Positions 13,133 to 25,100 of a stretch of DNA of 64,000 nucleotides are shown piece after piece. The position numbers were made by a program, and so were the translations under genes. Source of the DNA: Fimbriosthenelais zetlandica (taxonomy: Eukaryota); contig OZ365112.1 in NCBI GenBank assembly GCA_977030845.1, positions 16,058,001-16,122,000 of the forward strand, read 5' to 3'. The notes below the pieces were generated by a model. That model saw only the letters and a program-made list of their open reading frames with translations, was not told where the DNA came from and did not search any database. The first letter of the stretch is position 1. Each line of letters opens with the position of its first letter.

Positions 13133-13430
13133 TCTAGCAGACCACAGGACCAAGGCCAGGGACCACACTGCTACGCTTTTTGCATCCGGAAGTCCACAAC
13201 CCACTTATTAGGTCTTCCTCAACGACATGACGATGGTAACGTCGTGGCATGGGACGCGAGGCCGCGTCGTGTAGGAGCTGTGTCTCGGTTGGTTTGGGGG
13301 TTTGCTTTTGCGACATACCCAATGCCAATCATCTCATATGATGACGTCAGAGGACCGGAAGTGGCCATTTTGTTTAGTAAAGTGAAGTATGAGGGTGAAG
13401 CTGAATTGAATAGAAAATTATGTGGAGGAA

Positions 13431-13600
13431 AATAAACTTTGGTGGTGGCCACCGAACCGTTTCATCACAAGATTGACAATAGATACTGTCACTAGCTCAT
13501 ATGACAAGCCTCAGTGGTTTATCGCTAATGACAGTGACTGTCTACATTATACAACATGGTAACCTATGCTAAATGTTGAATTGTAAGCAAAGAAAATAAA
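13431..13600 (+). promoter_or_regulatory. Candidate polyadenylation signals of the Pax transcript
   Basis: AATAAA at 13431-13436 and 13595-13600, 0.3-0.5 kb after the stop; actual use unknown. Confidence 0.35.
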
Positions 13601-16600
13601 AGCATGGTGCGGAATCTCGGACATTAATTAGTGAATCCATAATTCACTTGCAACCAAGCACTCGGGGTTCATGGGTCCGAATCGCCAGTGATCCTGAACC
13701 TTTTTACCAAACTACGAACAGAAAGCAGTGGACTTGACGTTCAATGACAGCTGATAAACACTCACTGACTCCAATCACCGTAACTACCATGTTCGGTTCA
13801 AAAACTATGACCGGTTCATATTTGCATTTCCATATTATGAGCTTACTAGTCCCCAAGTTTTGCTTAAAACGTGATGGCTGAATTCTCTCGTATTCAAAGA
13901 CAGTTTAAAAGAAAATTTCAAAAGATAAAACACATGAATTGGCCAATACTGCCTTGGAATCTCATTGTGGATATGTCTTCTGATACTTTGACTTGCATGT
14001 GTACTAAACCATGTTTGGAATCCTTTCCATTTAAAACTAAAGACGTGCATGTGTCCCACATGTATGCATAATTGCAAGCGTGCACGAATGAAGCCATCCA
14101 GCTTAGTAAGTTGAGTGTGGAGAATGACGAGGAAGAGATGATAAAAGTCCAGTGAATTTTTCCTAAGCCACTATAACGTCCATCCTACCGTCTGCAGAAG
14201 GCGTGAGTTCCTGCATCTTGCATGTTGAGTTCTCCTTCATCTAATTTTCATATCATTACCATCATCGCACAGTACTTACTGTACTTTAATATGTGTGTAT
14301 TGTAAAGAATTAATCCATACAGATTGTGGTCATATATCATGGAATTAAATTCATTATCGAGATGAAATATGTTAAGGAAGAAAGTACGTTTTATCGATTA
14401 TATTGTATACATACCTATCATCCCGGACTTTGTAACTTAGCACAGTTCATTATTACATTCATTTACTTACATTGACAATGCCAAAATGTTAACAACTACT
14501 TTCTTTTGTCGTAATGCCAGTGGTTGATTCTCATCTATGTCTTATCATGGTAAGCAATACGAGCACATTACGCACGTCTATTATTTCTGAGTCAAAAGTT
14601 TCCAGAAGAAAAACATTTCGGGCAAATAAGATGAATATGTCTGGCTGCTTGAATGTTTCAATGTGAAGGCGGGTAGTGTTTTGTTGTTTGTACGGTTCAA
14701 AAGAAATGGTTAGTAAAATCATTTTGTGTATGATTGAAGTAACTTCATGACAGTCTTTATCATTTTGTTTGTACATAAATTTTATAACTGCATCTAATAT
14801 ATATAGGAACAGGATGCATTATGTTTATTAATGAATATAACTATTAAACTCTACAGAGGTGTGCCATAGTGGTGGCGAGAATAACTTAAACTTGGTTTGG
14901 GGATTTTTTGTAGATACATGGATATCGTGTGTCTGATTTAGATTGGAGATCAATCTCGAAATTGAGTCTTTCTGCTTAATCAAGAGTTAATTATTAACCC
15001 TCTTTTGTGTTCATAAATTAAATTATTGCCATTTATGACTATGCAAGTTCATTGCTTGCAGAATGCCTGGGTATAGATACTTACATGTGGGTTACTGGGA
15101 GGAAAAGAGACGAGAAGTCTGGTTGATGATGAGTATGTCTGATTTATAATGATCCTCGAAACCAAAGATGAAAAACGTGCTTTTACATACTTACCAATAT
15201 CTTTTTATTCACCATGATTATTTCCACGGTCTTTATCTGTCTAAATTTGAAGCACTCACTAGATGTTTTTGAAATGACCTCGGTTTGTCTTGCTATTACT
15301 GGCAAAAAAGTGATATAAAATGTGACGAGTTAAATCATCAATAATTCATAGAAAAGTCCCGAGGACTCTGGAACAGTGACCTTTTGCCTAGGTCGTGACC
15401 CGAGAGGGCAGAAAGGTCAAGTCAGAAGTAATTTGTCACGGATTTGCATCTAGTGCTTCTATATACTCAGTCACAGACCCTAAATCTTTTCTACAAAAAT
15501 CAATATTCCCTATCCAATGTTTCGCAATCTAACACACACAAAATTAGATATTTTGACTTTTTACTTTAAAGACGAGTTACTTCACCTTGTAGCTTGTTTT
15601 GCGTTTTTGAAAATTGATTTGGCCTTCGAAGATAGTGAAAGTCTAAAACGTGTTGGAAAATTATTCCCTTCAGCAGGGAGGAACTCGATGTATATGCTAC
15701 ATTCAGAAAGGAAACCAATGGTGCTTTTTCCTGGTTAACGATGTATGTATAAAGGGCCTTTGGGCCGTCAATTATTAGAAAAGAATCTTTGTGGTGTCTA
15801 TAAATGGTTATCAGTAATTGAATTATCCGTACGTGTTCGGACTTATAAACAGAGGATCCCCATCGAAGATGTTCGTTTTGCAAATGTATATGTCATCAAT
15901 GTAAGAAGTGTATGGTGAACTGTCCAGAGCATGTCTAGACCATGTTTTTTATGCCGCTCAATCGGGAGGGAAAGCAGTCTCCTTGGTCCAGTACGGAGTA
16001 CACAGTACATATAGAGATTGAGATGTGTACATAATGGCCTCTGATTCTGCACAGGCCCGACTCTGTATTTTTATTCCAGTTGTAAATTTGAGTGAATTAT
16101 TTAATAAGGATAGGGACTGGCTAGACGCCAGGCCTTGTAGGATTTGTGCAAAAGCATTATACATCCGTATTCCAGCATAAGCCTCTCTATCATTTCAAAA
16201 GGCAAGACAGCTGCTTTGAAAGTGAATGTTTTCTTTAAGAGTCCCATAGCTGATTGTTCAGCTGTGATATGGAGTTGAGCTGATGTAGGTTCACGGCCAG
16301 TCTGGTGTCTTGCATCAGTTAATATCAGAAAGGAAAAATATTTAAATGTTGTACAAAAATCCACAATGTTCCTTGGATACTACTCCAATTAGGTAAATCA
16401 ATGGAGAAAGGGTGGGAGATATAATTATTATTATGTAGATGTATTATTGTTATGAATGGTCATGGTCGCTTAACGGTTCCCTCTCCGTGGCAGGTTCCGG
16501 ATGTAAAATGGCCCCAAAAAGGTCTTCATACTTACAGCAGTTAAACTATAAATATAGACAGTCCCATGCGACTCGCCAGTCATTACTGCTGGATATGATT

Positions 16601-17504
16601 TACATGTAATACCACGCCCATTAATTAGAGAATATTTTGATTTTAAGATAATGTTATATACAGTTCTTGCCATCTGTACATAATCACGATGAATGTATAT
16701 GGAATCGTTTTGATAAGAGTCGTAAACCTTGTATTTTTGAAATTCGCTTCAGGAATTTTATGTCGTGTACGTAGGTTGACATACAGAATAATTATACAGA
16801 TTATATGAATACATATATATAACTTTCTTCATATAGAATCCCCGACGATCTTCACCCAGAAAACTTCTAGAATGAAAGCTGCACTTCTATATTTTATCCA
16901 TTTATGTTTCAACAGGTTCAAAAATGCAGTTTCTGGGTGAATGTCATTCCGGTAATGTCTAGGATGTGACGCTCCGGGCTTGCTCGTAGATGCAGCTACG
17001 TCACATCCTGTCATTACCGGAAGTACCTCGAACGCCTTTGCAGGCGTAAAAAGAGGCTTGAATCTCATTGTATAGTGTCCGGTTCATTGGAGATGAAAGT
17101 AATGTTTTAACTACTGCTGTAACCTCTTGCTCTACTGTCTACCCGTTATGGGCTCGGGGTGTCAGATAGGCTTAACACTAACCCTCCGAAAAGAAGAACA
17201 AATCCCAAATTAATCTAACATCAAGTGTTCCTATGGAAATGGTGTAATCCCAAAGCCAGGTGCTAAGGAGACATTGTCCTCATTTGTTAAGAGAATTTCT
17301 ATTACAGTTTACTTACTAAAACTCAAACGCCTGAATGTTTTTCTCATCAGATGTGTTTTGGTCGAGGACCATTTTACTCCTTTGGTTCTTTCCTCGATAT
17401 TCCTTGCAATAAAAGCCTGGCTTTCATATAAAAGAATAAGTTGTTTGCATTATCATTCGTTCCTAACATCTTTGTGTTAATGTGAGCTGTTTGAATTAAG
17501 GTTA

Positions 17505-17540
17505 ATTAAGTTAAAGTTAAGCTAAGTTAAAGTTAAGCTC
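17505..17540. repeat. Degenerate pentamer microsatellite (AGTTA/AGCTA)n
   Basis: gttaattaagttaaagttaagctaagttaaagttaagct. Confidence 0.7.
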
Positions 17541-18847
17541 AGATGTAAGATTAATGTCATTTACTGTCAAAAATAGTTATTTTAAAGAGTATTGTATAAA
17601 GGTACTTGGATATCAGTGTTCAGTCGCAAAGCAATACCTGCATTGATAGAAGCAATCGGCGTAAATACTGCGGCAGCTTTAACCACATCAAGGAGGCAGT
17701 CTCGCCTCTCTCAATGCTCTCTTGAACAAGTGCATGCAGTATGCAGCGATTTGTGAAGATCATTAATCATTATGTCAGGAGAAGCTTTGGGCGCACCATG
17801 TGTGTATAACTGTGAGGGAGTAAGGCGAGTCCTGGGCCAGCGTTGTATAAGTGAGTCAGGTTTGAGGGGTTGGATTTTGAGGCGGCAGCAGGCCACTTGA
17901 GCGCCCTATGGCAGGGTGTGGCCTTATCTCACGCTGGATTGGTCACCTTTATGTTGTCCCTTTCACCCTTTGACAAACTCAGGCACTCTGGACTTGAAAT
18001 GTACACGACTGGAGAATCCCTGGCCTTCTGTTAATAACAATAGCTCGCCCAGCCCCGCCAGCTGTGTGGGTGGGCGGGGGTCGCGACCTGCCCTTCAATC
18101 ATCTCTACCCTACTGCTCTTTATTAACATCTTAATAACCCCACACATTCTCCAATTCTCCAGTCACCCCTCCCTCTTACCTTCCCACCCACTGTCATTCT
18201 CTATTCTTTGGCACACTCTGTTATAACTTAAACAGTCCCCTCTCAGATCTCCTCTGATGTTACCATAATGATTCAGATCCTCCGTTACCATGGAAATTCC
18301 TCGAAGCACCATAATACCATGGAGGCAGATGGGGGTAGAAGGGAGGGGGTGGAGAGGAGAGGGAAGAGAGAGAAAGAGGGGATGGCATCATCGAAGGCCT
18401 GGCGGGCCATGTGGCCCTTACCAAGGCCCTTTTGATCCTGCACCGTGTTTACTTAAGCATGTTGTAATTATCCTATTGAGGCACAAGACGCCAGATTTAA
18501 CAGCCTAATTATTCCTCTATTTACAAGTGACAATGCAAATTTCATCTGCGGGGTCTCACGGCCCAGTGGGCCGTATCGGAATCAGGCGAGATCTTCCTGC
18601 GGTTGGACAGGAATAAAACCCGACTGGAAGGCCTTTCGTTAATAAACCCCCTGTGCGCCGGCGAGAGATTCTTTTATTCGCAATGAATCAATTTCCTTTA
18701 TCAATTAGAAATGGGAAGCTCATAAGAAGGAGGCTGCCTGGCCTCGCCTTAAAACTCGTTTAGTGATTAAAGTTTCAAAGTTGGCAGAGAGACAGACGAA
18801 GCCCTGTGGAGAGTTCATGTTCTAACTGTTCTGATTGCATAACCTGA

Positions 18848-19192
18848 CGAGGGTTTGGCGAACGCTTGCTAAGCCCTCGCCAAGCCTTCCTACTGACCCT
18901 CGTCCTAGCGAGAGTCTAGTGAGAGTCGTCATCCAGGGTGTTGTACAACAATAGTGTAGTCTATGGTAATACCCTGTATAGGCGATTACATTTGGTGGTA
19001 TGAGAGTTGTGCTCCACCCTGTAATATGCAGGGCGAGTTCTAACATTTGAAGAGTTTCTGAGAGAGTTTCTAACGTGTGCAACTTATGCAACGTACGCCT
19101 CCTCATATTATGTCTAGAAATTATTTAAGCCCTCTTCTCCAGCAGCCTTAAGCCACTATTCATTCCTTTCCACGGCGAGGGCTTGGCGAGGG
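18848..19192. mobile_element. Decayed MITE-like element with GGCGAGGGCTT-type units in inverted orientation at both ends
   Basis: CCCTCGCCAAGCC (18874-18886) is the exact reverse complement of GGCTTGGCGAGGG (19180-19192); further unit copies at both ends; no TSD identified. Confidence 0.4.
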
Positions 19193-22100
19193 TTCTTATT
19201 CGACATGTTGGCAAGGATAATTATTGCATATAAGAATATTTGTTGTCATCATGCTGTGCGATAGGCATTTCAAACGGTTGGCTGTCAATAGATTCCCTTT
19301 TTTCGAGGTGGCAGGAGAGAGGTCTTCATTTGGCCTTCCTGTTGCCCTTCCCGCTGACCCCGCCCTGCCAATTCTCCCTTTTGTTCACGTGAAGAACGAA
19401 TTCAAGTCTCGGGAGCCATCTTCCTATTCACCACTTCCCCTTCCCCTTTTTCATCCTGCTACCCTGCCAGCATACGAACAAGTCTCCAGCCGCCTGGGCT
19501 GCCATCATCATCGGCCATTCGTCCCTTGTCTTCCCTGGTGATGGCCTCTTTACGCCCGACTCCTGCCTCCTCCCCAGGCCATGATAAGCTCCTCCAGCAC
19601 CCTCTTCACTATTCACACGCTGACCGGCGCCAGCTCCGTCGGTAATAACGCCCTATCTCCCCTGTCCGGCCTCCCATTTCCCCTTCTCACAGCCAAGGCC
19701 CGTTTCTCTATATTAAAAGCGAGCACTCATGTAAAGCACAAAAACATAAACTCCCATCTGTAAAAGTAACTAATATCACTTCCACGTGAATTAGCATTAA
19801 TTTGTGTACCAGGCAAAATGTTACTGATGACCTTTATTATATTATACCTAGCCTGTCAGAACCCTCAGAACCCTGATTCGAAATCTTGCTTCTCCGAGGG
19901 GCCTTGCAGTCAAGATTTTATAAAACAGTTGGGGGTATATGGTAGACGATACCGTGCTTTCCTCCGTGAATCAAAGATCCGAGTTTCAACATAGTGAGAG
20001 TTCTTTCAGACGGCGCCATACTGCCCTCTAGCAGTAAAGCTCAGCATCCCTGCTTCTTACAGCCTTTTCTTCGAGCATCTCCTAAGATCCACTCTGAGCA
20101 CGAGGTGTCGCGTCGATGGCCACATTTCCCTGTACTACTTACTGACATTAAGTCATCAAGAATAGACGTAGCTCTGCCATTGTTAATCATGCTCAATTAA
20201 TCATTTTATTAAGTAAAAGTTCATAGTATTTCACTGTTCCCCTTTTTGGGAAAAGTTTTTTTCCGCCTCAAAGATGACAATAACATGAGAGTTCTCTTGT
20301 AGACATATTTGGAGGGCAACCAAGCTTCACCAAAATAATAATCCACCGTTTACTAGGTGTGATATTGTGGAACCATCCAGGAGGATGGGGCAGGTACAGT
20401 GATTGGTTTGGAGGGTATAGGCCGGGAGAGGCATATATATATATAAGGGTGAGTGGTGAGGGAAGTGAAGAAGTGAGCAGGTAATGTGGTCCATGGACAG
20501 AGGTCCCGGGTGAAGGAGGTCAGGAAGGGTGTGTGCGAATGTCCTATTATATATATATGATTCACAAATTCAATTGAAATTCATTTTGTATTCATATGAC
20601 AAAATACCTCCGTTCTACAAACTACGTTAAAAAGTGCTGTTGACTCATTAATTGCTTCAAAAGGCATTCTTGGTGCACCCCGTCTTAACTGCTGTAGAAT
20701 TTCAATATAGTTGTATTTAAAGGACCGACCATTGGAATCTCAACTAAGGCCTATTCATTCCAGAGCACTTAAGGAAGACAAATCTCTGAATGGATGTGAA
20801 ATGATTCATAGTTGTAAATTTCCTGTCTCAATGAGTAGGTATCATAACATCAAGTACACTAGCATAAAGGATTATAGAAATCATCAAGGGAGTTTATTGT
20901 CTCTTTGAGTTGAACAGGCCAGGGCCATTGGGTCAAAACAATGCGTGAACTGGGCATAACATCGTGGGAAAACCGAGAAAAGTTTTAAATGCGTACCGGA
21001 AACTTAATTGTAATGACAGACTGACTACAGTTATTATGTCATTGACTACAATTCAGACGATTTCGCTGCAGCCTGGACTGTTTTCACATGATCCGGGGCT
21101 TCCATCTTTTGTGGCATTCATTCATGGATTATGATCATGGAATTTTCCTCAAGCATATAATTCCCATAGGTTGTAGGGAGCCAAACACTAACAAATAATG
21201 ACACAAACCTCGGAATTCCATGGGAAAAACACGTGGGAATCGAGGTCCATGACAAAAGCTCTTTAAACCATGACTTCCCGAGTTGAAACGCGAGTACAAA
21301 AGTTAAACGAGACAATGGAAAGACTGGTTGTAAGTAGGAAGGTCAAGTCTTAATGGTGATATCTTCAATGCTTTTCCTCATGACCATGTATGAAATATAT
21401 AGCCTACTCTGAATGCCTTTAGCACTGGGAGGTGGTTAGATATTTGATCAATTTATCGATTAATTGCCATAAATCTGTCAAATGTTTAGAAGTGGGTACC
21501 GATGATGACCCCCATCACATGTCTAGCGGCCATATGTGTTGCATGATGTGGCAGATATCCGTGCTAATGATACCTATGATATACATTTCGTCATAGAACA
21601 TGGAATTTACTGCGTGCACATGTATAGCAGGGGGCAATTGCTGTTTTGGTATCTTTCCAACTCCGTGTACATTAAATTGTTTATAGGATGTTGGACTGGA
21701 ACATTTGCAATTATTATAATGTTGAGGCAATTTTCCTCATTTGATAAACCCTTTGGCTAGTTTACGTTATATATAAGGCTTGCACCAAGGGTGTGTGAAG
21801 GGTTTCCAGGGTCCCCTTTCATAACAACACTCAGCGTCTCCATCAGTAAGCCTCGGCCAAAGTCCTTCTAAAACGAGCCCCATACAGAGGCCCATCAGGG
21901 CCAACCTCTGGTAATCTCTGTCCGCTATAACACTCGTTTGTGTTCTGACAGAACATCCAATGACCACGTTGACGACTAAACTCGTGTCAGACAATGATAA
22001 GACCTGCCAATGGTGGCGCACTACCTCCTGAGATGGCACCAGTGGTCACTTCCGGTCTCAGAACTCATGGCAGCTTGTTAGTCAGTGAGGACCTTGTAAC

Positions 22101-25100
22101 AGCCAGTTGATGGCTTATCAGTCGCAATACATTTGTTGGTAATCTGTCGCCGTTGTTACCGTCGTAATAGGGTCACTTTGCCCTATCGAAACAATTGAAC
22201 TCTTCGGATATTGGGGGCGCACTTTGGCAGTCTAATGAATCGGCTTGTCGGCGGGCGCTGTTGACCCTGGCTTTGGCACGTCTTGTTTTTTGATAGATAA
22301 GGTGGTTTGCTGGTGGAGCAGGGGGCTTGGGTCATCCCGAGCACCCCCAGCCTCAGGGACCTTCCAGGCGGGGTTTTGAATCTAAATCTAAACTATCGTC
22401 GGCAGCAGATGACCCCAGCGCCATCTCGCAGTCGACGATTAATAGGAGAGGGACAGAAATATTTTGACATGAGTGCAATTAGCGCAGTCCCAATAGATGA
22501 AGATCGGCGGGAAATGCGGCCGGAATGCCTCCAATAAAACGAGCTGTGAGATGGCCACGTCAGAATGATAGATTTTATTGTGAGACGCCAAAATGGCGCT
22601 CATCCATCAACTGGGCCCGCTGCCGCCAAGCGGCAGTACCGACGACCCACACGTTTCACGCCGGAACGTCACAAGACGAGTTATAGGCGCGTCCGTCTTG
22701 TTCTCGCCGACTCTTGCACACTGTTGATAAAAATTACATATAATCCACTACAAGCCTCAGGTCGTATAAATCACAGTCACAGCGGATCCCCCGGGACTTG
22801 GTTTCCGCACCCGCCATGTCGTACTATGGGAGCTGACGACATTGGTTGTTTTTAAACGTGCTTCCTACCTCCGCCAAATGAGCCTGCGTCACTAACACAC
22901 AGCGGTGTAGGCCTATTAGAAAAATGACTTTAGAGTAGCATTGTCATAATCTGTTTTACTTTCCCTAATCATTTACATCAGGGCACTCATTTTATTACCT
23001 GATCCTGCCTTCAATCCACTACTCCGGCAAGACTATGGTATAAGTTTTTGAATTGCTTGATTGTCCTTTCCTATCATGTAATCTGGTTCTGAGGTCGCGC
23101 GACATGGCTATCTTACACTAGATTAAGTCACTAATTCTGTTTAAAAGTTCAAAAGAAGCAAGATAATTGTAATTCGGAAGTTTGAATATTAAATTAGGAC
23201 CAATATCCGGTGTTGTTATTGTCCTTTTCTTGCCAATGGTAGGCCCCCTATATTGATAATGTAGATTTTATCGCCTTTCCTTCTTGAACCCATCCTGCTA
23301 TCCATCTTCTATTCTCAATCTCTCCATTCAGTAAAACCCTCCCCATAGCTATATACAAAACAGGCCAAGCTAAGTCTTGAATAAAAGACATGTGCTCCTT
23401 TAATACTGCGGGGTGTCTACAGGATTGCATAAAAGAAGTCTTACGTGGCCATCTGTGAAGAAATGCATGGTTTCATTTGGCGCGGGATGGGTTGAATGTT
23501 TGTTTGCCGACGATTGGCACGTTCAAGACACGAGCGTTTCCTGTGGAGGGCATCGTGCCGGATGGTTGCGCCATATTGCACCTATTCTCCGGTGAATTGT
23601 TACTTTGGTGAAGCCTGGTTGCCCTCCATAGCAGTCCCTATTTACAATACTACATATACACACTTAAAGGCAACTGGTGCTTAAACATTCAAAGGATAGA
23701 AAAAAAGGGGAAGTGTGCTCACTTTTAAAGCGTGCAGCAAAGCCTTCACTCACCCTCCCTCCTTCATGAATTGCGCAGTGACTCGGCCACTCCCTGTCAC
23801 AGATCGTAATTGGTATACTCACACAGTACCTCCCTCTTATACATGTATATCTTCTCTCACGCCCCTCCTATACCTATCCTCCAAATTAACCAACTCCTAT
23901 ACGCCATCCCACATGGGCGGGCACTTGGTCTATGTTCTTCTCATTTTTGTCAGACGCAGTTTTTCCCAATACCGATTGAAGAATATGTTTTTCTGAATTT
24001 GGTCTCCAAAATGCCATCACTGCTTGAAATGCTATTGTAAAATGTTGGCGTCCCATGGGGAAAGATAGCTTATGCAGGTTCTATCAATCTCTACAGTTCT
24101 ATATATAATCCCTCGCCTTCTTCGTGCCTTTGTATGTAAGATTAAGTCTTCTTGTGGGGTCTTAAATATCTGAGGCATGTGTTGTCAGGATGTTTTGGGG
24201 ATCATCAATAAGGCGTTAGGTGAGGCACTAATTTGAGTGTTTTTGACTTTGGCAACATATGTAGGTTCGCATCCAGGTGTGGGAAGGTAGGATAGTGGAG
24301 GGTCAGCATGGTACGGAGCCTCCTAATTAGGCAAGCTAAATATATCCCTTGTTAAAATGTTGGACGCCCCATGTATAACAGGTGTAAATATATAACTTCT
24401 GTAGGTCATGTGAGACAGATGCTGGGACAGAAAAGCTTGTTTACAGGCCTTCTAAAAATTAAATAAGAACCAAGAAGATTTACATGATCCCGTATAAAGT
24501 GACTGAGAGGGGACTGATCGGCCAATCTGGGGCCAACAACTTTCAAAGGTCTTCAAGCATAGTGTCAGCTTTGCTACGTTCTCCTCTGCCTGGGGCTGTA
24601 TCGCATGCCATGGCTGTGAATAATGCACCTTGGGGCATGCAGAGATATATATAATGCAACCTATCCAAATATTCACGATGATAATTCAACCTTTCTCCGT
24701 CCACCCAAATCCACCCCTACTTACACCTGATCGCCATGCCCTAAGAAAATCTCACAGAAGCGAGTCAAATATCACTCGACAGCTATAGAAAAAGTGGTTA
24801 TATTATAATTTATCACCTTCGTTTGCTTGATGTCGGTGGATTGGAGTATTTTGATCTATTGCTTTCTGGAAATTTAAGGGTTAACGATGGCGTGGCTGGG
24901 TGGGAGGCGCCCCTCCCCTTACCCACATGTTTCCCTCTTGTCGGTACACCCCATCTTCTACGATCGACTGACCATCCACACAAGGTCCCATATATCACAA
25001 GGCTGGGAACATTGTGAAATATTACAAGCAGCTAGATACACCTCATGCATCTCTCTGTCTCCCACTGGTAAATCCATCTGCCAAACAACACACCGAACCT

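Noticed and set aside
17340-17440. Minus-strand IEERTKG resembling the YqaJ-type exonuclease motif IExxTRGQ
   Set aside because: The following residues do not match and the frame is closed by stops; too short to support.
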